Positions 28,889 to 40,000 of a stretch of DNA of 49,857 nucleotides are shown here, in pieces; the stretch's first letter is position 1, and each line of letters opens with the position of its first letter. The DNA comes from Barthelona sp. PAP020. Its lineage: Eukaryota. The notes under the pieces are model-generated. The model searched no databases. It saw only the letters and a list, made by a program, of their open reading frames with translations, and had not been told where the DNA came from. The translations under genes were made by a program, and so were the position numbers. Location: NCBI GenBank assembly GCA_040182905.1, contig JARQWU010000045.1:1-49857 (forward strand), read 5' to 3'.

Positions 28889-30732
28889 ATGAGTGAAAAA
28901 CGGAAATTACAAAGTATTTATAATATTTATATACATTCTAACTGTCACAGATGATATAGATCGAACATTACGAAAAGTTGATGAAAGAACTTCATTAATT
29001 GATTCATTATGGGAGAAATTAGATACAGCTGATTCTTCTATACAAGAAGAAAAAGTGCAAAATGAGATAAAAAAAGGTATTTCAATTCAATTCTTATCTT
29101 CTAACATTTTTAGAGACAAAAAAACTTCAAAAATTACGAGAAAACATAAAATTATGGATTTCACAGGGTGATTATCGTGATAAATCGACTTTAATGCAAG
29201 CCCGAAGATTAATTGAGGAAAGAATGGAACGATTTAAAGGTACAGAAAAAGAGCTAAAGACCAAAGCATATTCAAAAGAAGGATTGCAACAAGCTGCAAG
29301 AAAATCAAAAATTTCTGAACCCAAAGATCGATGTTTAGAATATTTACAGGAGATTAAAAGAGATTTGGAAGCCTTAATTGAAAATTCTGAAACAGAAATA
29401 GATGATTTGATGGCTTCTTTAAGTAAAACAAAGAAAAAGAGAATCCAACAACAGATCAGTGAATCTATCATTACCTTTGAGGGACATATTGAGTCACATC
29501 GTTTTCATTTACAAAAAATTGAAGAATTGTATCGTAGTGTGTTCAATGATCAATTAGACCCCGAGGAAGTCATTGAAATTGTTCAACCTCAACTCGAATA
29601 CTATGTTGATTTCTATAACACTGATGATTTTTTCATCGATACCAACTTTTATGATGATCTACAAGAAGGTTCCAAGCATTATGAAGTGAATGTATCACTT
29701 GGAAAAGATTCTGACTTTTCAGATGTTGAGTCTTTTGGCACGAGTGAAAAAATAACTTCAAATGAGGATAATACCACTGATGATAGTTATAGCGTTATTT
29801 CAAAGTCTAGCACTTTGAGTCACATGACAAATAGTACACAAAATATCACAAGAACGTCAGACACAACTTCCACAACATCAAGTAGAAATGTTGGTTTCAG
29901 ACTATTACCAGCCATTGTTCCCTCTCCTTCATCTCGTGGTGAATCAAAAAGTCTGGCAGCTATTTTAAGAAATGCAAATCCTGAACTAAAAGAAGACAGA
30001 AAACCTCCCATTGCACCACCCCCTGCCATTACACTTCCTTCAACTCAATCATCGAATGATAAAGAAAATTTGAAAGAAATGACTGGCGATGTTGACACCA
30101 TTGTTATTGATGACAGTATTCATAAAGATGAAACTCTGAAATCAGCTCAGGCAACACCATCTACTAAGGAACCTTTGTCTTTGCAATCATTTCCTCATGG
30201 TGGTTCTGTGTCGTCTTCATCTCTCTGTCAACCAGAATCAAATGTAAAAAAAGAATTATTTCACAAGGAACAATTTAGAAAGGATCCTATTCGCTATTTA
30301 AAAACAAGAATTGATTCTACTTTGAATGAGAGTGCCACAATTTTTGAGCATTTGCATTATATGAAATATGTTCCTCAAAATCCTTGGCCAACACCTTCAT
30401 ACTATCCTCAAATACCGTCTTCTAAGGTTCTTTATCCAAATGGTATGATATTGGGAAAGTTTTCTCCTGAGTTGTTATTTTACATCAGTTTTTTTGAATC
30501 GACACATCTACAACATATGGCTAATAACCGATTGAAAAAGAATCATTGGAGATATCATACTGAAGAAAATGCTTGGTTTTTAAGAGACAGTAATCCAGAG
30601 ACAACTAATACTTATGAAAAAGGGGATTACTTAGTCGTGAATCCTGAGGGAGAAGAATTTTTAAGGCCTCAAAAGATTCATGATTTTACATTTGATTATG
30701 AATTCTTAGAAGGGAAGGGTAAATATGTTTGA
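28889..30732 (+). CDS. NOT3: CCR4-NOT subunit NOT3/NOT5 (CNOT3); join(28889..28913,28951..29076,29114..30732)
   Basis: Removing two 37-nt GT-AG introns gives MSEKRKLQNDIDRTLRKVDE...NEIKKETKKLQKLRENIKLW...ARRLIEERMERFKGTEKELKTKAYSKEGL; C-terminal NOT box YVPQNPWPTPSYYPQ...LKKNHWRYH. Confidence 0.94.
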
Positions 30733-30962
30733 TTTTTTGATTTTTTTACAAAAATTGGAAATTTGATACATTTACAAAAGAAATCTTCAAAGTTCAATTC
30801 AACAAAATGCTGCATGTTTCAAACATTATATAAATATTTAACAGAAATTTGAAAAGCCAATTTTGAAAAGAAAAGAAAAGATGAACAAGGAATGAATTGG
30901 TAAAAATCGTTTCTTTGGTCAATCATTCGAAGTTCTTTTTTTAATTCAATTTGTCTTTTGTT

Positions 30963-33173
30963 ATGATTGAAGTATCAAGCGACTTGGGTACAAACGAGCT
31001 GATTCAAACAAACGAAAAAGAATTTGTCACTAAGTTTATTTTGAATTGGAAATCAAATGGTAGAAAAGAGACAAATATTTTGGAATCATTCACAGAATGT
31101 AAAAAATCTTTGAGACTTACGAAAATCCCTTCATCAACATTGCATATTCTTGATCATTACTTTTCGAGTGGTGCATTTGCATGTTTGAGTACTGCTGAAA
31201 GATGTGGAATCATGGTTATGGTTAAAATTTTTCATAAAAACCCCAATGAAAATGAACTTCTCAATGAATGTCTACCGATGGCACTGAATCATCCATTTAT
31301 CCGACAAATTCATGGTGTGACAGAAATTGGTCATAAAACTGGTATTGTGATGGAATTTTGTGATTCAGTTTTGGAACAGGAAATTGCAAATCTTACAGTG
31401 ATTGAAAAACTCACAATATTGATGCAAGTGGCTTCTGTTCTTGACTATTGTCATGAATGTGGTATCATGCATGGTGATTTAAAACCCAACAATGTTCTCT
31501 TAAGAAAGGTAAATGGAAAGTTTATTCCTGCTTTAAGTGATTTTGGAATGGTTAAAGATGCCAATAGCATGTCAATGGTTTCAACAGTTGGTGCCATTTG
31601 TTATGTTCCACCTGAAATTTTAATTAATGATTGTACAGATGATGTTAATCGCAAAGCTGTTGATGTTTGGGGTTTTGCTGTGATGATGATTTATGTGATG
31701 ACAGGCGTTCGTCCTTTTGATGGAGTTCATAACCTCAAAATTTATATGGATTTGTTAAAGGGGAAACTCCCCTATTCTGATGAAATAGTTGATTCTATTC
31801 CTGGTTTTGGCATTGTAAAGTTGTGTTTGGAGAAAGATCCAAATCAACGTCCCTCTTTTGAAATGATTGTTGATTATTTGAGGAGAATCATCAATGTTGT
31901 GGCTGTTGAAACGACGGATGTTTTGAAACCAGTAACTATTGATCCCAACGACCCAAATATAAAACATGAAATGAGTGATATTGACATCCCAAATGAATTT
32001 TCATCTTGTAACATTCCACTTAAAATGTATAATGCTGCGGTGAAGGGAAACATTTTGGTTGTTAAGCAGTGTATTAAGTTTGGAGTTGACGTGAACAAAC
32101 AAATAAAAGGAAAATCCTCCCTGTTGGTTGCTGCTGCCCATGGACATGTAGACGTGGTAGAACTGTTATTGGATTTTGGTGCTGACATTGATCTGTGCTC
32201 AGATGGTTGTTCTCCTTTGTTTGTCAGTTGTCAACACGGACGTTTCGATGTTGTTACAATGTTGTTGGAACATGATGCTGATATTGATTTGTCCAATAAC
32301 AATAAAACTTCACCTTTGTTCATGAGTTGTCAAAATTGTCATCGTGATATCGCTGAAACGCTCCTGAAATCTGGAGCTGATGTCAATTTGTGCACGTATA
32401 ATGGTGTTTCTCCATTGCTAATTAGTTGTCAAAAAGGTTTTTTTGATATTGTTAAAATGTTGTTGTCATTTGGAGCCGATGTTAATGTTCGCTCAGAAAA
32501 TGAAAGTTTTCCATTATTGATCAGTTGTGTGAATGGTGATTATAATATTGTTGAAATTCTTTTGAAGCATGGAGCTGATGTTAATCTTTGTGGCAATAAA
32601 GGTGTGTCTTCATTGTGTATTAGTTGTCAACAAAACCATTTTGATATTACTAAGCTTCTATTGGAACATGAGGCTAATGTTGACTTATGTATGAATGATG
32701 GTAGTTCTCCCTTGTTCCTCAGTTGTTTAAAAGGTCATCATCATATTGCTGAGATGCTTTTGGATTTTGGTGCTGATATTAATCTGTGTACAAACACTGG
32801 AACTTCTCCATTGCTTATCAGTTGTAATCAAGGACATGTTGATAGTGTTAAAATTCTGTTGGATCATGGTGTTGATGTTAATTTATGTAATGATTTTGGA
32901 TGTTCTCCATTGTTGGTTAGTTGTTTGAAGGGTTGTTCTGATATCGTCGAGATACTTGTTGAACATGGTGCGTATGTTAATTTATGTGATCAAAGTGGAG
33001 GTTCTCCATTGTTCGTTAGTTGTCAAAAAAATCATCTTGAGATTGTTAAAATGCTTTTAGATAATGGTGCTGATGTTCATCTGAAATTCGAAGACAATTA
33101 TTACCCTATTGATATTGCTGAAGCTTTTGGTTTTTTGGAAATTGTTGAACTTTTGAGACCTCATTATCGTTGA
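30963..33173 (+). CDS. Protein kinase with about 11 ankyrin repeats; paralogue of 19950-24560
   Basis: HGDLKPNN, DFG, GAICYVPPE and DVWGF, the same SPL-x-x-SC-x-x-GH ankyrin type, and a homologous kinase-ankyrin junction (IPNEFSSCN..VVKQCIKFG vs VPDNFFEYCN..VVKQWIKVG). Confidence 0.92.
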   Translation: MIEVSSDLGTNELIQTNEKEFVTKFILNWKSNGRKETNILESFTECKKSLRLTKIPSSTLHILDHYFSSGAFACLSTAERCGIMVMVKIFHKNPNENELLNECLPMALNHPFIRQIHGVTEIGHKTGIVMEFCDSVLEQEIANLTVIEKLTILMQVASVLDYCHECGIMHGDLKPNNVLLRKVNGKFIPALSDFGMVKDANSMSMVSTVGAICYVPPEILINDCTDDVNRKAVDVWGFAVMMIYVMTGVRPFDGVHNLKIYMDLLKGKLPYSDEIVDSIPGFGIVKLCLEKDPNQRPSFEMIVDYLRRIINVVAVETTDVLKPVTIDPNDPNIKHEMSDIDIPNEFSSCNIPLKMYNAAVKGNILVVKQCIKFGVDVNKQIKGKSSLLVAAAHGHVDVVELLLDFGADIDLCSDGCSPLFVSCQHGRFDVVTMLLEHDADIDLSNNNKTSPLFMSCQNCHRDIAETLLKSGADVNLCTYNGVSPLLISCQKGFFDIVKMLLSFGADVNVRSENESFPLLISCVNGDYNIVEILLKHGADVNLCGNKGVSSLCISCQQNHFDITKLLLEHEANVDLCMNDGSSPLFLSCLKGHHHIAEMLLDFGADINLCTNTGTSPLLISCNQGHVDSVKILLDHGVDVNLCNDFGCSPLLVSCLKGCSDIVEILVEHGAYVNLCDQSGGSPLFVSCQKNHLEIVKMLLDNGADVHLKFEDNYYPIDIAEAFGFLEIVELLRPHYR

Positions 33174-34068
33174 TCTTTCCCTTATCCATTTATGGTTTGT
33201 ATGGCATTCTTTCTGTTTTTTTGCAGGATATATTGTGCTCTCAATGTTCAGAAGCATTGAAAATTATCTTATCATACTTGAATTCAAAATTAATTTTTGT
33301 TTTAATATCGTGAAAATGGCTTTGTTTGTAAAATCTAATCCATCTTTTATTTGTTTTACTTACTTTTATTTGTTGTTTGTTATTTCCAACCTGAAACACG
33401 TGTGAAAGAAAGAATATGAAAGAATAATGCTTGCTCTTTTCAGTTTTTTGCAGGTTCGATTGATATATTGAGACTTTGAATGTTCCCAAAGAAAAGGTTC
33501 AAACCTCAAATATTTTGTTTGTGCCAATATTCAAAATATAACAATTGGAAAGTATTTCCCAAATTTTCAAACTTGCGAATTTAGATTAAATTTTAGGTGT
33601 AATTTTCCTTTTTTCATCAAATAATGGAAAAGTAACCTCATCTTCATTTCAAGAAAAGATACATTTCACCTTTTATATAAATTCAGGGCTCTTTCTTTTG
33701 AAATTATAATCAGCAAATAAAGTAATAGCTTAATTCAATGAAAAATGTGTGAAAACTTAAAAATGTGATTATTTTGCCAAACAAACATCTTGTTTAGCGA
33801 TAAAACATGTCAATTAGAATTTATTTTTTTCAGATACTTCCAAAAAAAAAGAGGTGTAGAAGTTGTTTTATCTTCGCAATTAAACGAGGGAATTTTGGGA
33901 CAATTTTCCACTTACATCCTTTGAATTTTTGAATAGAAAGTGGGATATCAAAATTTGGTAAACAAATTAAACAGTAAAAATTTGAATTTGTCATTCATCA
34001 ACACCCCTTTCATTGAAAAAAAAAATTAAAAACAAAATCAAAATTTTCTAACATTTTATAAACTCATT

Positions 34069-37000
34069 TTAAACAAAATTCAATGGGGAAAATTCAGAGA
34101 TTGTCAAAGGTTCAATTTCTAAAGTTTCCAAAGTTCTGCTGTGATAGCTCTCAATTTGATTCTTTAAAACACTATCTAAATAACCGTCTGTTGAATTTAA
34201 TGCAACTTTTAGTCCATCACTATCTTCGTCCACTCTAAACAGCTTATAAAGCACAACATTAGCGATATATCTTTGATCTGCTTTTAAATGTCTTAAAGAA
34301 GTGAAAATAATTTGAGTAAACAACGGTAATAATGTGTCATCAATAATATCATGTGAATTGTCTTGTGATTGTTTATCTAAAATGGTACGAATTGCAATAA
34401 AAGCAGTTTCTCTAACATAAGTATGATCAGAAACAATCATATTAACTGCTTGAATTAACAAATTGCTCTGTAAAATGAATAATTCTTTTTTAACTATTTC
34501 ATTAGCACAAATATTTGGTATTGCTCTTAACCAACCAATTTGAATGTCTGGATTGGTTAAATTCTTTAAACCTTTCAAAGCATTATTGATAACGATTTTA
34601 AGCAAATCAGCTTTGATTTGCTCGTTAACACACACACAATTAATTAAAGAAATATATCCAAGATTCATCGATTCTTTATAATTTTCAATAATTTCCTCAA
34701 ACCAATCATTTATTGAATCTTCATCATCAAAATAGTTTATAACAATACCACCAATTTTAGCAATAACTGATCTAATTTCAGCATTATCAGAAACAATTTC
34801 TGAATCAACTATATTCCATAATACATTGATTAAACTATCCTCAATATCAATATCTAAAGTTTGTAATTCAATCAATAATAATCGAACACAATTATATATG
34901 CTAAAACGTACATCTTTTGAAATAGGATCTGAAAATGATGAATATAATGAAGGTATTTTGAAATCATTTTCAATTATTAATTGTCCATAACCAGCATAAC
35001 AGAGAATTTGTGCTAGAATCGTATTTGGCTTGCGAATATATGGTACAGCAATAATCAATATCTGACATGATAAATCTCGTACAGAACGATCTTCAAATAA
35101 TAATAATTTTGGCAACAACGTATTTAATGCTGAAACAAACGCTTTCAATTCTTTAATACTATCTTGTAATATTATTTTAACTGTTTCTAAGTATTCATTG
35201 ATAACAGCTAATTCTAATCGTTGAGGATTACTCAAAATACGAATCAATGGAGCAATACAACCTTTTAAAATGTTTGTACGATCAGGAACATTCTTAATAT
35301 CTGAAGACAAAATTAAATAACGGATTCCTCTGGCAATGGTTGTTTGATATGCACTGATAGCTTCAATAAAAGGTTTAAATAAGATTTCACTCAATTCTTT
35401 CATTGCAACACCATATTTAAATCCTTCAACGTATAAACCTTCAGCAGTACTCCATAATTGTAAACTTTGAATAGTACTGATAATTTCATCCAAATGTTCA
35501 ATAGAAGCCTTAGGAATCAATTGATTGATACGCTTAAAAATCTCACCAATAGCTATGCTTAAAGGTTCACAATCTGTTTTTAATAACATTAATAAGTTAC
35601 TAATATAATCACCGAATAATTTTGCCTCAAATTCAACAATTCCACGGCCTTTTTCAATGATGAGATCAAAAAAGTCTATCAAAACATAACAAAACGCCAA
35701 TTGGATTGTCAATGAAGGAGAATGTATCTGTTTTTTCATTGCTATGGTAATTGTAGTCAAATCAGTCTTGGAAACTTCAAACAAAATAAAACTCAAGTTC
35801 TTTAAAATGGCTTGACCTGTTTCATTAATCACCAACAAAGTTGTTGTGCTATTAGATTCTTCAGGAATTGAAGCTTCAATTAATCTGCCAACAATTTTAT
35901 GTAATTGTTGTCTGATACCAATTGGTGCAACAGTACTCAACAAAGCTAAAGTCATAGAAGAGCTTATTGTTACTGAAGATAAGAATTGAGGAACCAATTG
36001 TTTTGATAAAGAAGGATTCTCTCCAAGAATTACTGTCAATGAATCTGTTGCGTATTGACTCAATTCTGCTATCGAAACTGTATTCAATAAACGAGATAAA
36101 GTTGGAGCAATAATTAAATATCCACCGTTTAAATTCAACGTAGAAAACGCAATACCGGCTGAAACTCGTGTTTCCAAGGAAGGATCAATCATTAATTCAT
36201 ATAAATTATCACATATTTCTTCTCCTTTCAATTCTAAAATCTCTTTAGATTGCTTTGATATCAATGAATTAAGCATTTCAGCAAAAATAACATTTTTAAC
36301 TTCTTTTTTCAATGAAAACAACATACTTAAAGATTTTTCTTTTTGATTTGTCCCTAAAGCAGTCAAAGCTCTTAATATACATTCAGATATACAAGTAACA
36401 TCAACTCTAGCTTTCAAATATGATGACACATCATTTAATTCATCATGATGATTCCAACGTTCTCCTAAAGTCCTGCCATAAAATCTTAAAATATATTCTA
36501 ATGATTGACTAATAGTTAAAGGAGTATTAGCTATTACTGATTTCCATATCATTGTGGCAGAAGAAGCGATATTATTGATAACATCGTTTCTTCCCATAAA
36601 TAACATGGCAATTAACTCATCATAGTAATCAGGAATCAATTCTTTCATTGACTTGGTGCTTGATTTCACAATTTCTTGTAACTTTGTATGTTTCATAGAA
36701 CTACTCATAGAATCCATTTCCTTATCTAAAATTTTCAATTCATCATGTTGTTTCAGTTGTAAAATGAAATTGATGAAATAGTTCAATATGTCAAAACTAT
36801 GTTGACGGACTGTATCATGATCATCAATCATTCCTACACGTAATAATGAATGTACAATATGTTTTCTATAAACAAGTCCAAATCGTTCGATTATATTGTT
36901 AGCAACAAGAATACTGGCTTTACGAATCTCGATATCTGATCTTGATAACACAGTTAAAGTTAAGTCAAATGTTTTACTGGCATATGAAGAATATTTCTGC

Positions 37001-40000
37001 TGTAATGCATCAGGTAAATAAGTCAATAATAATAAGTATCCTAAAACAACATTATTTGCTTGACTTTTCAAACTGACAACAATCTTAGGCCACAACATTT
37101 GTAATTCATCAAGTCCTTGACTAGCAATAATTTGACTCAATGCTTGAGCAGATCCAATACGTTCAGAAGGATTAGTACTTACCAAACCTTCATATAATCC
37201 ATCAATAATTAAAGTATCACATTTTGTTTTAAATCTCTTGACCAATTGTCCTAATGCAATACTGCTGGTTTCTCTTACACTTGGCACACTATTTTGAACA
37301 GTATTATATAATTTAATTAAGATTTGGTCAATATAAGGATCTAAATCTTTGTGTTCCGAAATATTAATAATTGATCCAATAATAGTACAACTCATGCGTT
37401 TGTTAGTTGTATTAACATCACCTAAACCCGAATTTAAAACTGGTATAAGTAAGGATAATGAAGCACCATCAATTGAAGTTGAAAAACTAAGATGTAATAT
37501 TGTTTCTAAAGTAGAGAACAAATATTTTGCTGGTCTAACCAAAGCATTTATCAATTTAGGTGCACTTTCTTTGATTTCAGTACAAGTAAAAGCTTCAGAA
37601 ACTGATAATAATGTCTTTGAAGCAGTATCACTTACAGAACTATTTGTATCTCTCACACAATCAACTAAATCAGGCATGATTTCAGGTAAGATTTTATTCA
37701 TTACCTTAGCATTACTCAAAGTCATATTAGCTAACATGTTTAAACAAGATATACGTACTCTACTACTCTTTTCTTTTCTACTAATGGCATTTTTAATAAT
37801 AGGCAAGATAGATTTGATACCACTTGGTCTTAATCCAGTAATTAAACGACTAGAAATGCTTAAAATTATTTGTGACATTCTATTATTACTGCAACTCATT
37901 AGTTCAATAATAGCAGGTAATAATTGAACTAAATAAGGTTCAAACAAACGATTAAAACAATAACTTAAAGATTCAGTCAAAGTTAAGAAAATCAAGTGTT
38001 TATTTTCATCTTTATTTAATTTTCTTTTGGGTTCTTGACCATTTTCTTGAACATTTTCTTGAACATTTTCTTGATTGATTGGTTCAAAAATTAAATCTTT
38101 CAATTGATCAATTATATTCAATTGTTTTAATGAAAATGGTCCAATTGCTTTTAAAATACCACTAATAATATAAGAATAACCTCTTTTGTGTAAATCTTCT
38201 TTTAATTCTAATAAATCATTAAAACATTGTTTCCAATTATCTTGTTGTTTAATTTCAACTAATAATCTACCTAAATCTAACCCTAATTGTCTTTGAATTT
38301 CAATTGAATCATGTAAAATAATATTAATCAAAAATATTTGAATTATAGCCCTAATATCTTTTTCACTATGCATATTAATAACTAATTCAGTTAAATTTCT
38401 GATGAAAAATACAATTCCTTGATCCATAATAATTAATTGACGTTGATATTCATTGATTAAAGATTTTTGATGTTGTTTAGGCAAATCAGAATGTAAAGTT
38501 TCATAATCAATAACATTAACCAATTCAATTCTTTCTTGTAATAAATCTTCAAAACTATTTCTGAATGATAAATATATTTCTTGATCATTTTCAGCAAATT
38601 TCAACATTTTTGCTGTCAATTCAGAACAACATAAAACTACTTCACCACTCATATCTTGTAAAAATGTGGGTTCACTTAACCATTCTTCAATAATAGTTTT
38701 ATTAATTGTTTCATCAATTATTTCAATTAAAATTTTAATTAAAATTTGACGATATTCTTTTAAATTATCTTTAAAAGTATTTCTTAATATTGTTTGATTA
38801 TGTATAGTAATCCAATTTTGTTTATTATCAAATATTTCATTTAATATAGCAAAATAATGACATATTACTAAAATAAAAACATTATCTAAATTCTCATCAT
38901 CTTTTTTCAAAAAATAATTTTTGAAAAATCTTGGTAAACTATTGATAAAAACTTCAGCATCATAATATTGTTTGCTGAAATCTAATATAAACATCAATCC
39001 TTGACTAGTATATTCTTCTTTTCCAAAATTATATTGTTGATAAGGATTTATAACTCTTTCATTTAATAAAGTCTTTTCATTTTCCTTAATGTTTAATAAA
39101 CTGATTCTTTTAGATAATTCTACATTTTCTTCTTGATAACCAAACACCTTTAAAATCAAATAATATTCTTCTTCTTTAATTCCTTTGGGTAAATAACCAT
39201 TTTCTAATGATACCATTAAACAATCAATCATTACCAATTTAGTTTGATCATTTGCTTTCATAAAAACATCAATTCCCAAATTTTCAAAAATTTCAAAATA
39301 ATTCCATTGTTTGAAAGTCAATAAATACATTGAAATATGTTCTATTTGAGAAGGATAACAATTTTTCAATATTTTAAAAATTAATTCATTAAACCATAAT
39401 TTTAACTGTTTATTCATGTTTAAAATAATAATTACATCTTGTTTACTTAATTGTTCCAATAATTGTCGAACAAAATAATCAAATATATGTCCATAAGTAT
39501 CAATATTTTCAATAATTATAGGAATTAAAAAAATAAATTGATGATACGTTAAATCACGATTTAAATCAACAAATTCAGTTAATTTGTCTTTATTATCAAC
39601 ACCACCAAACCAAATCTCTTTAGAAACATTCTTAAAATCAATTCTATCAAATAACACATCTAAACTATTCTCCAAAATATTCAAAAGTTTTGTAATCTTC
39701 CCAAACTTTAAAAATTTGAAAAATTTGAAAAACTTTTGACAGTATAATCCATATATAACATCATCAAATTGATTAATAAAGCAATGTATTAAATTGAGAA
39801 TTATTTCAAAATTGTTTAATTGTTGATTGAATTCTTTTCTTATTAAAGTTTCTTCTGAAAGAATTTTATCAAATTCAACTAATTTTTCATATTCAACCGC
39901 AACTAACATATCTCTTTGAGTTTTAGAAGCTTTTAATTTCTCATCTTGGAAATTTAAAATACTAGCTCTTTCTAATGCTTTACCATGTTTTTTACTTATA

